Below, one piece after another: positions 47,850-57,663 of a stretch of 64,000 nucleotides of DNA (positions are counted from its first letter, which is position 1; every line of letters begins with the position of its first letter). The notes below the pieces were generated by a model that saw only the letters and a program-made list of their open reading frames with translations, searched no databases and was not told where the DNA came from. Origin of the DNA: Candidatus Micrarchaeota archaeon (GTDB taxonomy: Archaea > Micrarchaeota > Micrarchaeia > Anstonellales > Bilamarchaeaceae); the NCBI GenBank assembly GCA_043821365.1, contig JBDRCX010000006.1, positions 256,001 through 320,000 of the forward strand, written 5' to 3'. The position numbers were made by a program, and so were the translations under genes.

Positions 47850-49334
47850 CTAATAATCAGTCATTTTTGTTTGCCCTTTTGCTTTTTTAACCCCACTATG
47901 CTCTTTTTTCTCACCTTTATTCTTTTGCATTTTTGTCAATATGCTCTTCATCTTTTTCTCTTTGTTATTAGCTGCATAATAGTAATATTCATCTCGAGTT
48001 CCTTTTGTCATTAAGACAATTACCTGGCCTTCCTTTAGTCTGGCAGCTCTTCCTCTTCTTTGTATGCTTCTTATTTCACTTGGCACCGGTTCATAGAAAA
48101 TAACAACATCAACAGCTGGTATATCCAACCCTTCTTCCCCGATGCAAGAAGCAACCATAACATCAAATTTTCCTTCTCTGAATTCAGCAATTGTTTGTTC
48201 TTGTATTTTTTTCGTTACACCATCTTTTTTACCTACAAACTGCTTTGCACTAATCTCATTTTCTTTAAGCACATCTTCGATTCTTGCAATTTGAGCCCGA
48301 TATTGTACAAATACAATGATTTTCTTTCCAGCTAATTTTTTTATAACATCAATAAGGATTTTCATTTTCGGGTGATCCTCATCTTTTTGACAGAGAATGG
48401 TTACTGTTGAAATTCCTGGTTCTGATAATAAAATTTTAGCAGATTTACTTTCTTTTTCTTTTAGTTTTTCCAAATATGAGCGCATTGGATATATGCCTTG
48501 TGTTTCCAGAAGTTCTGTCATGTGAAGAAGATGAAGTAGAATAGAGTATTGTACAAGTGCGGGGTATTTGATGCTATGAGGGATATTCAAGATACGCTGA
48601 CGAAGTGCCATAAACCTGCCCTTATGTTTTAATGGAGGTGGAAAGCCCATTCCAGCTAATCGTTCTGCATATTTTGATGTTAGTTTGTTGAGTTCTTTTC
48701 GTATATCTTTGAAATGATCTGAAAGCTCAACTGGTATCCAACTTATGGTGCTTTTTTGGACATATGGGGCAACGTCAACGTCATTCTGGTCTCTTATTTC
48801 AACATTGTCAATTTTCAAAGTAGTCATTACTTCTCTTATTCTATCGTGCCTGCCTCCCGGTGATGCAGTTAGACCAACAAAAAGAGTTTTACCATCAGAA
48901 TATTCATGGAGTTTTTCTGAAACATAAGTGTATGCATAGTTTCCAATCGACCTATGGCATTCATCAAAGACAACTAATGAAAAATGCGGTTCCAACACTT
49001 TTTTTTCAATGTCATTTTTGATAGTTTGCGGAGTACTAATAATTATGTCTGTGTTGTACATTTCCTTTCTTTTTTTTGGTGCAACTTCACCACTAACTAA
49101 TGCAACATTTTTCTCACTAAGTTCAAGAGTTTTTATCACTGATGCAAAATGCTGTTTGGCAAGTGGTTTTGTTGGTGTTAAAAACAAACACCTGCCTTCT
49201 TTCATTTTATCTTGAATTAGCATAAGTGCAATGAGTGTTTTCCCAATTCCAGTTGGCAGTACAACTAGTGTGTTCCCATGCTGTTTTATCGAATTATATA
49301 TTGATAGCTGGTAAGCTCTTGGAACTAATTGCAC
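47850..49334 (-). CDS. hef: Hef/FANCM-like SF2 helicase, no ERCC4 nuclease domain
   Basis: PRAYQ, LPTGIGKT, DECHRS.GNYAY, TASPG, EEGLDIP, QRRGR motifs. Confidence 0.9.
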   Translation of the reverse strand: MQLVPRAYQLSIYNSIKQHGNTLVVLPTGIGKTLIALMLIQDKMKEGRCLFLTPTKPLAKQHFASVIKTLELSEKNVALVSGEVAPKKRKEMYNTDIIISTPQTIKNDIEKKVLEPHFSLVVFDECHRSIGNYAYTYVSEKLHEYSDGKTLFVGLTASPGGRHDRIREVMTTLKIDNVEIRDQNDVDVAPYVQKSTISWIPVELSDHFKDIRKELNKLTSKYAERLAGMGFPPPLKHKGRFMALRQRILNIPHSIKYPALVQYSILLHLLHMTELLETQGIYPMRSYLEKLKEKESKSAKILLSEPGISTVTILCQKDEDHPKMKILIDVIKKLAGKKIIVFVQYRAQIARIEDVLKENEISAKQFVGKKDGVTKKIQEQTIAEFREGKFDVMVASCIGEEGLDIPAVDVVIFYEPVPSEIRSIQRRGRAARLKEGQVIVLMTKGTRDEYYYYAANNKEKKMKSILTKMQKNKGEKKEHSGVKKAKGQTKMTDY

Positions 49335-49443
49335 ACTCCCTTTACTTATTTTACCTTTTTAACAATGTCTAAGTGGTAAAACATGGTTTTAAAAGGCGTT
49401 TTATGCATATATTTAGTGGGTATTTGAAAGAAGGAGGGGTATC

Positions 49444-50688
49444 ATGCGTACTTTACAAGGTGGGAAAGTTTCTCAGGCAATTACTAGAACACGAGAACGC
49501 CTTAGAACCAGATTACACGAATTCATGGATTTATTCTCTGATCCCTTTACTTTAGCTCCAAATTATGCTCTCCCTGGAGGTGGAGCAATTCGAGCTTTAC
49601 CTGACCCAAAAATGTCAGGAATAATGTTTTTTGATACTGGAAAATCTCACCCAAGCAAATCAGCATCAGATCAAATTTCAAAATGGAATTCATTGGGTGT
49701 TCTCTTACCTGGTGAAAAACCAGATAAAGAAAAAAGATACATGGTTTATTCACGAGCACAAAAAGAAATATCTAGAATTTTGAAACAAGAAACTGCATGC
49801 CATGAATATCTTGCTTATGAATCAGCAAAATTGTTGGGTTCTGATCCTATGGTTGCAAGATATACTGCTCATCTTGTTGTTGGTGCTGGTGCAGAAGATT
49901 TTGTTTTTATGCCAGGTGGCAAATTAACTAATATCTGCCTTACTGATCCCGCGGTTTTAAAAACAAAAAATGCTGAGCTTGCAGCTGCGCTTAAGTTAAT
50001 GCCAAGAGAGAAACCAACATTTTTCGGGACCATGCTTCACGTTGTTGCTGCTTTAGGTAGATTTTTCACTAATAATAGGGCAGACCTTGATGCTTTAAAT
50101 CGTCCTTATTTTGCACATTTTTACGATGGAAATAGTGGTTTGAATATGATGGATGGTGAGTTGAAATTTCAAAGTGCACTAAGCAGAATAAAACTATACT
50201 GGGAGTTTGCTTCAAGTCTTTATAAAAAAAATGACATGCCAAATACATTCACTGCACTTGGACATATCATGCATTTAGTTCAGGATCTTCATGCACCTGC
50301 TCATGTTCATAATGATACTCATGGTCCAGGAAATCGTGATTCTTTAGAAGCTTGGACAACTCGTAGTGATTATCTTCACATTGCCAGGTTATCAGATGAA
50401 CCAAACGTTAGGATCTGGAATGGAAAAACTCTTTCACCTCCAAAACCAGATGAGAGTTGGACTCCTGAAAATCTCAGTTCAAAACTTACTGAGTTTATTG
50501 ATGCAATGGTAAGAAATACACAAAGATTCAGAAGTGTTGATGCAGTGGGCACTGATCCTGGGCAAGATATGCAGGGTAAGCTGACTGCTCAGGAATGTTA
50601 TGACCAGGCAAAAGTTCTCATACCAGCTGCAATCGTAGATGCTGCACAATTAGTTGCAAATTTCCTTGATTTCCATAGAAGAAACTAG
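49444..50688 (+). CDS. Zn-dependent phospholipase C / P1-nuclease-like fold protein
   Basis: HE.LA, HFYD and LGHIMHLVQDLHAPAH zinc-ligand pattern. Confidence 0.6.
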   Translation: MRTLQGGKVSQAITRTRERLRTRLHEFMDLFSDPFTLAPNYALPGGGAIRALPDPKMSGIMFFDTGKSHPSKSASDQISKWNSLGVLLPGEKPDKEKRYMVYSRAQKEISRILKQETACHEYLAYESAKLLGSDPMVARYTAHLVVGAGAEDFVFMPGGKLTNICLTDPAVLKTKNAELAAALKLMPREKPTFFGTMLHVVAALGRFFTNNRADLDALNRPYFAHFYDGNSGLNMMDGELKFQSALSRIKLYWEFASSLYKKNDMPNTFTALGHIMHLVQDLHAPAHVHNDTHGPGNRDSLEAWTTRSDYLHIARLSDEPNVRIWNGKTLSPPKPDESWTPENLSSKLTEFIDAMVRNTQRFRSVDAVGTDPGQDMQGKLTAQECYDQAKVLIPAAIVDAAQLVANFLDFHRRN

Positions 50689-51558
50689 TTACATTAAGTT
50701 CTTGTAAAGAACAGAGACATCACTTTTATCCAAATCATGATGTGCTAGTGGTTCTTCTTTTATTTGTGGAAGATTATCCTCATAGGTAGGTCTGTTTTCC
50801 TTGTAGAAAATACCTATGGGTAACTTTTCATAATCTGTTTTTTCAGCTTCAAATGCCTTTTCCAATGCCATCATTCTATCTGAACTATTATGGCAGGCTT
50901 CTTCGAGTTTGTAAACTCTTTTTGTGAAGAAATCATAGGTATTCAGCCTATTGAATGTGACGCATGGCTGTAACACATCCAAAAGTGCAAATCCCTTGTG
51001 CGCAATTGCTTCTTTCATGAGCATTTTCATATGATTCATGTCGCCAGCATATGCTCTTGCTACAAATGTTGCTCCACCTACAATACCCATTGTTATTGGA
51101 TTGAATGGGGTTTCAATAACACCTTTAGGTGTTGTTTTTGTTTTCATCCCAAGCTGCGAAGTTGGTGATGCCTGCCCTGTTGTAAGTCCATAGATCTGAT
51201 TATCATGAACTATGTAAGTAAGATCATAATTTCTTCTCATAATGTGGACAAAATGGCCCGAACCAATTCCATAACCATCTCCATCTCCACCCATTGCAAT
51301 TACTGTGAGTTTATTATTTGCAAGTTTTATTCCAGAAGCAACTGGAAGTGATCGTCCATGCAATCCTTCGAATCCATATGTGTTAAGATAATGAGGGCTT
51401 TTCCCGCTACATCCTATTCCGGATGAAATTGCCACATTGTATGGTTCAATACCAAGTTCTACTATTGCACTTTTTAGTCCAGCTATTATTGCATGGTCCC
51501 CACAACCAGGACACCATTGTGATTTATCCTTTACATTCAATTCAGTAATTTGAACCAT
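50689..51558 (-). CDS. korB: 2-oxoacid:ferredoxin oxidoreductase beta subunit
   Basis: WCPGCGD, SGIGCSG, GGDGDGY.IG..H, YGLTTGQ.SPT, QPCVTFN motifs. Confidence 0.93.
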   Translation of the reverse strand: MVQITELNVKDKSQWCPGCGDHAIIAGLKSAIVELGIEPYNVAISSGIGCSGKSPHYLNTYGFEGLHGRSLPVASGIKLANNKLTVIAMGGDGDGYGIGSGHFVHIMRRNYDLTYIVHDNQIYGLTTGQASPTSQLGMKTKTTPKGVIETPFNPITMGIVGGATFVARAYAGDMNHMKMLMKEAIAHKGFALLDVLQPCVTFNRLNTYDFFTKRVYKLEEACHNSSDRMMALEKAFEAEKTDYEKLPIGIFYKENRPTYEDNLPQIKEEPLAHHDLDKSDVSVLYKNLM

Positions 51559-51566
51559 AAGATCAC

Positions 51567-53399
51567 CTACAATCCGTATCTACTTGGAGAATAATACTCC
51601 ATATCGTCTTTTTCCAGAACAACAATTTCCTTTGGTCCTTTGTATTCTGCATTTTTCAATTTTTCAATTTCATCTGCAATTTGTTCTGGCAAAAACGGTC
51701 TTCCGTTGAATTTTAAAAGATGGAAATCCATTTCAACAGAAGCAGTTTCCCTTAACACTCCTGCAAATTGCGCAGTTGAATTATTTTCTATCATTATTGT
51801 TACTTTTGCCCCTCTCACTGCTTTTTTCACTGTTTTCTCGTCAAGAGGGTAAAGATGAGTAAAATGAACAAATTTTGCTTTTATTCCTTTTTTCTCCAAT
51901 AATGGAAGAGCATCAATTACTGATAGTTTCTGTGATCCCCACCCAAGCAAAACAACATCTGCATCTTTTGCTGTTGAACCATATGTTTCTGGTTGATCGA
52001 GTTCTTTCATTAATGATGTGAGTTTTTTTGCTCTTTTTTGTACCTGCATTGTCCTCATACTAAAACTTTCTGAACTAAATCCATGCTCATCATGTTCGTA
52101 TGATGATGCAACATGATTTCCATTCGGTGTTCCTGGAAAAACTCTTTCAGATACTCCATCATCAGTGAATGCATATCGTTTCCATCTTGTCATTGGAGGC
52201 AATGTCGGAAGTTCTTTTACGATTTTCCCTCGTTCTATTTTCACTTTTTTATGTTTGAATTCTTCAGTTGAAAATACACTTTCCCCAAGATGTTTATCAG
52301 TTAGTATGATTACTGGAATTTGGTATTTTTCAGCAAGATTAGCTGCCTTTGCAGTAAGTTCAAAACATTCAGTTACATCTCCTGGTGCCAAAACAACTCG
52401 TAAAAATTCGCCTTGTGATGCATGGAGTGCAAATCTCAAATCTCCTTGTTCTGTCCATGTTGGCATACCTGTGCTTGGTCCAACCCGCTGTGCAATAGCA
52501 ACAACAACCGGTGTTTCGCTAATTGCAGCAAGGCCAAGTGCTTCTGTCATAAGAGCAAATCCACCGCCTGATGTTCCTACCATTGCACGTGCTCCTGCAA
52601 ATGCAGCTCCAATTGCATAATTCATTGCTGCAATTTCATCTTCTGTTTGCTTTACAACCAAGCCAAATGTTTGTTCGTTCTCAATCATATAATGGAGTAT
52701 TGTCGAAGCTGGAGTCATGGGGTATGCTGAATAGAATTTCACACCGCCTTGTATTGCTCCAAGTGTTACTGCTTCATTACCGGTTATTACTAATTTTCTC
52801 TTATGTGAAATTGGCTTTATGTTCTTGCCATTTATGTTGTTGTTTTTTACAAAATCATAGCCAACTTTTGCTGCATTAATATTTGCCTTTACGATTTCTG
52901 GACCTTTCCTTCCAAATTCATCCTGCATAATTTCGGTTAACATATCAAATGGATAATCAACAACTGCCAGCGCTGCCCCGAGTGCAACTGTGTTTTTCAT
53001 TTGTTCTGTTCCGCCAGCATCTTGTGTTAATTTTGAAAGTGGCACTGGGTGCATCTTCACATCTGGCCGAATCTTGAATTTGCTAATATCTATAAGCTGA
53101 TCATAAATGATCATCCCACCATTTGCTACTGTTCCCATGTGGTAAAAAACAGCGTCTTTGTTGAGTGCAATTACTAAGTCTTGTTCTTGGACTGGTGAGT
53201 TTATTTCCTTATCACTGATACGTATTTGGACCGTGTTATGCCCTCCTCTTATCAATGATGGATATTCTGGATATCCAACTGCATTGTATCCTCCTCTTGT
53301 AAAGCATTTGATCATGAGTCTTCCGGTTGTCATTACTCCGGCCCCGGCGCGGCCAGCAATCTTACATGTAAATTCCATATTATCATTCCTACTAGTCAT
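51567..53399 (-). CDS. korA: 2-oxoacid:acceptor oxidoreductase alpha subunit (gamma-alpha fusion)
   Basis: YPSLIRGGH, YPMTPA, QTEDEIAA, TSGGGF.LM.E, R.GPSTGMPT motifs. Confidence 0.93.
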   Translation of the reverse strand: MTSRNDNMEFTCKIAGRAGAGVMTTGRLMIKCFTRGGYNAVGYPEYPSLIRGGHNTVQIRISDKEINSPVQEQDLVIALNKDAVFYHMGTVANGGMIIYDQLIDISKFKIRPDVKMHPVPLSKLTQDAGGTEQMKNTVALGAALAVVDYPFDMLTEIMQDEFGRKGPEIVKANINAAKVGYDFVKNNNINGKNIKPISHKRKLVITGNEAVTLGAIQGGVKFYSAYPMTPASTILHYMIENEQTFGLVVKQTEDEIAAMNYAIGAAFAGARAMVGTSGGGFALMTEALGLAAISETPVVVAIAQRVGPSTGMPTWTEQGDLRFALHASQGEFLRVVLAPGDVTECFELTAKAANLAEKYQIPVIILTDKHLGESVFSTEEFKHKKVKIERGKIVKELPTLPPMTRWKRYAFTDDGVSERVFPGTPNGNHVASSYEHDEHGFSSESFSMRTMQVQKRAKKLTSLMKELDQPETYGSTAKDADVVLLGWGSQKLSVIDALPLLEKKGIKAKFVHFTHLYPLDEKTVKKAVRGAKVTIMIENNSTAQFAGVLRETASVEMDFHLLKFNGRPFLPEQIADEIEKLKNAEYKGPKEIVVLEKDDMEYYSPSRYGL

Positions 53400-53525
53400 G
53401 GTACGGACTTTATCGATTGAGTTCGTAGCTAATTTAAAAGTATCTAATAGCTAATCGACAGCTGTCGTGCTATAAAATATGCTATTAATTACGTCTTTTT
53501 ATATCTTTTGCAACATAATAAAACC

Positions 53526-54704
53526 ATGACAAATCCTACTGTTCATAGAATTCAGTTTGGTAAAATTGTTCTTCCAGGTCCTTCAACTTGCTGTGGCGAT
53601 ACTGGCCATGTGATGGGTTTTGGGAAAAAACCAGCTGGCGCAAGAAAATTTTTGTCTTTGGTTGGTGGTCAAGAAGATCCTGTTTTTAGACAATTAAAGG
53701 AAGGGATGGGGATTTTAAGATCAAATCGTCTTCCAGCCAATACTTTGTATTCTGAGAATGATCCTGCAGTTGTTGCTTTTACAAGTGCACTTGCACATGG
53801 AACTGTTCAAGGGGATTTGTATGCTTTAATTGAACGCCTTATCGATACTCGCCCAGATCTAATGATTGATACTCCATCCGGACAAAGAATTGTTGATCTA
53901 GAGTTTGAAGTACAACATCCAAGACCATTTGAATCAGGGTATCACTTTCGTCTTGATAGTGAGTTTCATGTTCCTGATATATTACCAACTGCGGCCGTAT
54001 TGCTAAATCAATCAGAAAGAAGGTTTGGAGAGTTGGGTTCAGGTGCTGAATTGATTATGCAAGCACATATTACCGAACCATATATTCTTGCAGTTTCTGT
54101 TCTTCGTCATTTTGGCTATGATGCATACCCAGCTCAGGCAGTTGTTCCAAATAATGCAAACACAGTTCGTTTTCATCCAATAATTACTGTTATTGATCAG
54201 GACAAAGAATACCCACTTACAACGTTTGATCTTTTGCGTATTCATCCACCAATGGGCTCAATTGATATTATCAGTGATGTTGCTATGGTAGGTGCAACGT
54301 ATGCTGCATTAGCCGAAGCAAGAGTTAGGCATTTAACTGTTGAAATGCTTCGTCAGCATAAAGAAGGAAGAGAACTTTCAATGGATGAACTAACAAATCA
54401 ATTACGAAGAATTGCAGATGTACTTTTTGAAGCACATAAAAGATGGCCGGGGTGTCATTACATTAGCAATGCTTTGGTTTATGCATTTGAAGATTTTTCA
54501 AATACATTATTTACGATTAATCATGCAAATTTACAAGCTGAACTAGTCAAAACCCAACAATCCGGCAAGAGTCTTGGTTTTGATTTACAAGCTACAGTTG
54601 GGAAGTTCGCAGTAGAAGCAAGAATCACTGCTGAAAGATTTGCTAATTTTGTAAGATCCGTACTTGCACAAAAAATAGATCAATATGAAGCAACCAGTAA
54701 ATAA
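53526..54704 (+). CDS. Hypothetical protein, weak transglutaminase-like segment
   Basis: AVSVLRHFGYDAY...FHP resembles the LR..G.....H helix-strand motif, without the catalytic Cys. Confidence 0.45.
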   Translation: MTNPTVHRIQFGKIVLPGPSTCCGDTGHVMGFGKKPAGARKFLSLVGGQEDPVFRQLKEGMGILRSNRLPANTLYSENDPAVVAFTSALAHGTVQGDLYALIERLIDTRPDLMIDTPSGQRIVDLEFEVQHPRPFESGYHFRLDSEFHVPDILPTAAVLLNQSERRFGELGSGAELIMQAHITEPYILAVSVLRHFGYDAYPAQAVVPNNANTVRFHPIITVIDQDKEYPLTTFDLLRIHPPMGSIDIISDVAMVGATYAALAEARVRHLTVEMLRQHKEGRELSMDELTNQLRRIADVLFEAHKRWPGCHYISNALVYAFEDFSNTLFTINHANLQAELVKTQQSGKSLGFDLQATVGKFAVEARITAERFANFVRSVLAQKIDQYEATSK

Positions 54705-54708
54705 AATT

Positions 54709-54806
54709 CGGGCCCGACGGGATTTGAACCCGTATCCCGAGGTATCTCCTACAATTAGGAGGGGCATTCGAAGCCTCGTCGGTTATCCAGGTTGCCAAAC
54801 GGGCCC
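54709..54806 (-). tRNA. tRNA-Arg(TCG) with a 24-nt canonical 37/38 intron (54744-54767)
   Basis: Acceptor GGGCCCG/CGGGCCC plus G73; D loop CCTGGATA (A20); anticodon stem CGAGG/CCTCG; T arm ACGGG-TTCAAAT-CCCGT. BHB with CTTC/GGAG helix and 3-nt bulges GAA and ATA. Confidence 0.92.
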
Positions 54807-55532
54807 TTTTTCTATCTTTATTTCTTTCCGTAGTATTGATAATCGTTCTGCATAAGTTGTATTTGGTGGGCAATGACCATATCTCATCCAAATGTCATAT
54901 CTACTAGATTTCACATGATTATTCATACCTATCATGTTCATCCATTTAATTGCTCTACCCCCAGTTATCCAAATTCTATATGCATTTGACCATTTTGAAT
55001 TTTGAGGGTATACAATATCGCTACAATGTCTAATCTCTAGACTATTAAGAATATCTTTTGTTTCATCAAAAAGAGATTTGGACGTAGTGGTCAAATTTAT
55101 CACTGGATAATAATGGCATGTTCTTTTGAATTCACGGTATTTTCCAGTACTTCGTTTGAACGAAAGTGATCCATCGGTATCAACTAAACCCCTTAAAAAA
55201 GCACATTTGATTTGCAAGCTTTGGGTCTTCATTATAAATTTGGGAATTGAAACAATGTAGCTTTTTCTACCATAAGGAAATCCTAGTGAATGCATTTTTT
55301 CTATTATTTTCTTCTCTCTAATAACGAATCCATATGTGCTTCGTTTAGGAAAAATTCTTCCATTGATTACAGTTCGAAAAACTTTACTAAATAGCGGAAT
55401 TACTATATTTCTATAGTAAATCTCTTCTTCTAATGAACCACTCACATCCAGCTCCCTATTATGGTTCTTATTTCTCAAATGGCCATCTCCAGCATGGATT
55501 CCACATATCTCTGCAAGTTCTATATCCCCCAT
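54783..55532 (-). mobile_element. Free-standing double-motif LAGLIDADG homing endonuclease; last 24 nt overlap tRNA-Arg
   Basis: LAEICGIHAGDG and AFLRGLVDTDGS motifs. C-terminal GPVWQPG* is encoded by tRNA positions 1-22 (stop TAA in the D loop). Confidence 0.9.
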
Positions 55533-55575
55533 ATCTGATACACAAATCCATAACTTATCTATTTTTCGGGGGACA

Positions 55576-55608
55576 CATCATTTCCTAGATGGTTTAGACC
55601 ACGGACCC
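55576..55608 (-). pseudogene. tRNA 5' fragment (acceptor 5' strand plus D arm), putative displaced tRNA-Arg start
   Basis: GGGTCCG-TG-GTCT-AAACCATCTAGGAAA-TGAT-G; GGGTCCG can pair with the tRNA-Arg 3' acceptor strand (one G-U); TATA-like TTAAATTA at 55643-55636. Confidence 0.55.
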
Positions 55609-55693
55609 TTGAGTTGATTGGCTGTGTAATGTTCTTAATTTAATCATCCTTGTGGTAGAGTGGTTAAAAATGTTTTTATATACTGATTGTATT

Positions 55694-56395
55694 ATGCGTT
55701 TTAGAGACATTACTGCCACTGGAAAACATAGGTCATGGCTACCTGAATGGGGCAAACCCTATTCCCCTGGTTTCAAACATGCTGAAGTTCGTCCACTTTT
55801 AGAGGAAATGGACAGAAAAGGAATGCTTGGTAGAATGTTCTTAGATTGTGGTAGTGGCAGCAAAAAATCTGATTTTTATCCTGTAAATGGTAAGCGTGTA
55901 ATTCGTGTGGATGTTGGTATGCCTTATGGGTATTCAAGAGATGGTAATGTTCTTGAACTTAGGGTAGATGTCGAAACACTAACATTGGCCACACTGGTTG
56001 ATCTTTACCGTAGTCTTCCTAAGGAATGCCACTTTGCCGGTTCAGCTATTAATATTGTGCCAGATACTCTCATAGTGGTTGATCTCCTTAACTATGTTAA
56101 TTTCAGAGATGTCATACCACGACTTATGGATATGCTTCGTTATGGTGGTAGGGCAGTTATCAGTAACTTTGCTGGCATGGGAATTACAGAATTACTTTCA
56201 CAGGATGGAGTGAAAAACAATTTACAATTTTTAGAATTCTTATCTGAGTGTAAATTCAGACTCGAACATCTTACTTTTCCGCCTTTATTTCCACCGTCGT
56301 GGGTTCCACGTTCTGAACCACCTGCTCCATATCCGTCAATAGCTACTACTCTGAGAGATAATGGGAGCATGATATTGGTTCTGGTGAAAGATTAG
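55694..56395 (+). CDS. Methyltransferase-like hypothetical protein
   Basis: FLDCGSG motif I; start at ATG 55694 follows TTTTTATA. Confidence 0.5.
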   Translation: MRFRDITATGKHRSWLPEWGKPYSPGFKHAEVRPLLEEMDRKGMLGRMFLDCGSGSKKSDFYPVNGKRVIRVDVGMPYGYSRDGNVLELRVDVETLTLATLVDLYRSLPKECHFAGSAINIVPDTLIVVDLLNYVNFRDVIPRLMDMLRYGGRAVISNFAGMGITELLSQDGVKNNLQFLEFLSECKFRLEHLTFPPLFPPSWVPRSEPPAPYPSIATTLRDNGSMILVLVKD

Positions 56396-57292
56396 CTATT
56401 TTGTTAAAACTTCGCAACCATCTTTTGTTACCAAAATTGTGTGCTCTGCTTGTGAAACCAGCCCTCTACTAACTTCTCTTAAAACAGGATAGCCTCGTAT
56501 GAATTGGTTTTGCAACAATTCTTTCAGCGCAGCACTCACAAGCAATTTTGATGGGAATTCCTTTCTCACCCATCGTTCAGCAAACGGAAGCATTCCGTAA
56601 TTTTTTATTACATAATCAACTATCTTTCTTGACTGCCTCATTCTTACATTTGCTGGGGAATAAAGAGAAAATATTTCTACCTGTTCCAAATCTTCAACAT
56701 ATCCACTCCCAGTTGTTGCAAAAGGTTCAACAGCAAAAATATCTCCTTCTTTGAGTTTGTAAATATCTTTTGTTCTTATGTTTGGTATCTCAACACCAGC
56801 ATGCAATTGGTTTGATTTTATCATATGTCCTGAAAGATTTGAGATTGGTTTGAAACCGTACTTGTTTATTGTTTCTTCTATCAAACCCCCAATTTCACCA
56901 ACTCCTACGTCTGGTTTAATTGCGTCTATTGCATTCTGAAGAGCTTCTTCTGATGCTTTAACAAGAGTTTCATTTTTTCCACTCATATCAATTGTGTAAG
57001 CAGTATCTGAAAGCGCACCATCGATTTCTATTCCAAGGTCTATCTTTACTAGGGCATCATCCTCCATCAAACGTTCTGAATCAAATTCTGGAGTGTAATG
57101 TGCTGCTATTTCATTAATTGAAATATTTACCGGAAATGCTGGTTTTCCTCCTTCATCCTTTATGCTTTGCTCTATCATATCAGCAATGTCCAATAATGAT
57201 TCCCCTACCATTATCAAACGTTTACTTTCTTCACGTATTTTTGCTGCTATTTTTCCCGCAGTTCTAAATTTTTCTAATTCATCATCAGACAT
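56396..57292 (-). CDS. map: Methionine aminopeptidase type II
   Basis: AFPVNISINEIAAHYTP, KIDLG, DTAYT, NLSGH, AVEPF, QAEHTI motifs. Confidence 0.96.
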   Translation of the reverse strand: MSDDELEKFRTAGKIAAKIREESKRLIMVGESLLDIADMIEQSIKDEGGKPAFPVNISINEIAAHYTPEFDSERLMEDDALVKIDLGIEIDGALSDTAYTIDMSGKNETLVKASEEALQNAIDAIKPDVGVGEIGGLIEETINKYGFKPISNLSGHMIKSNQLHAGVEIPNIRTKDIYKLKEGDIFAVEPFATTGSGYVEDLEQVEIFSLYSPANVRMRQSRKIVDYVIKNYGMLPFAERWVRKEFPSKLLVSAALKELLQNQFIRGYPVLREVSRGLVSQAEHTILVTKDGCEVLTK

Positions 57293-57392
57293 GAGTATCA
57301 CGTTTAATATGCTGTTTTCAGTTTAAAAAATGCGTCTATATTGATGAATTTATGTGACACATGTTTAAATATAAAAATCAAGCGTTTATCTC

Positions 57393-57662
57393 ATGGAACT
57401 TTGTTTTCGTCAACGTGGTTCTACAGAGCGAAGTACGAAACGCCCAGTTCCAATCATAAAAGCAATAAAAAGGATTCCAGTTCCGGATTTTGATCCAAAT
57501 TGGGTACCTCCTGGAGCACTTGAAAAACTTAGAAAAGAACAGCAGCCTCCAAAAGAGGATCGTCCGCGATTGGAATTACCACTTTATGATGAACCACCAC
57601 CAGGATGGCAACCAAGAAATGAAACACCAAAAGAAGAGCGTGGTGTTGTTATTCAAATCTAA
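57393..57662 (+). CDS. Small Pro-rich hypothetical protein
   Basis: 89-aa ORF after TTTAAATATA that fills the intergenic gap. Confidence 0.4.
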   Translation: MELCFRQRGSTERSTKRPVPIIKAIKRIPVPDFDPNWVPPGALEKLRKEQQPPKEDRPRLELPLYDEPPPGWQPRNETPKEERGVVIQI

Positions 57663-57663
57663 T

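Noticed and set aside
46674-49334. Inteins in RFC-L, Hef, XPD or Lhr
   Set aside because: Protein lengths are normal and the helicase/ATPase motifs are contiguous.
55560-55608. Upstream tRNA-like piece as a complete or split tRNA gene
   Set aside because: No U33-containing anticodon loop, matching 3' anticodon strand, T arm or own acceptor 3' strand follows it. A partner half outside the window cannot be excluded.
54783-55610. Group I intron or intein explanation for either LAGLIDADG ORF
   Set aside because: Only about 75 nt of non-coding sequence flank this ORF (almost none at pth2), with no P7-like core seen. Both ORFs have their own start and stop and lack intein Cys/Ser-start and His-Asn-end motifs.
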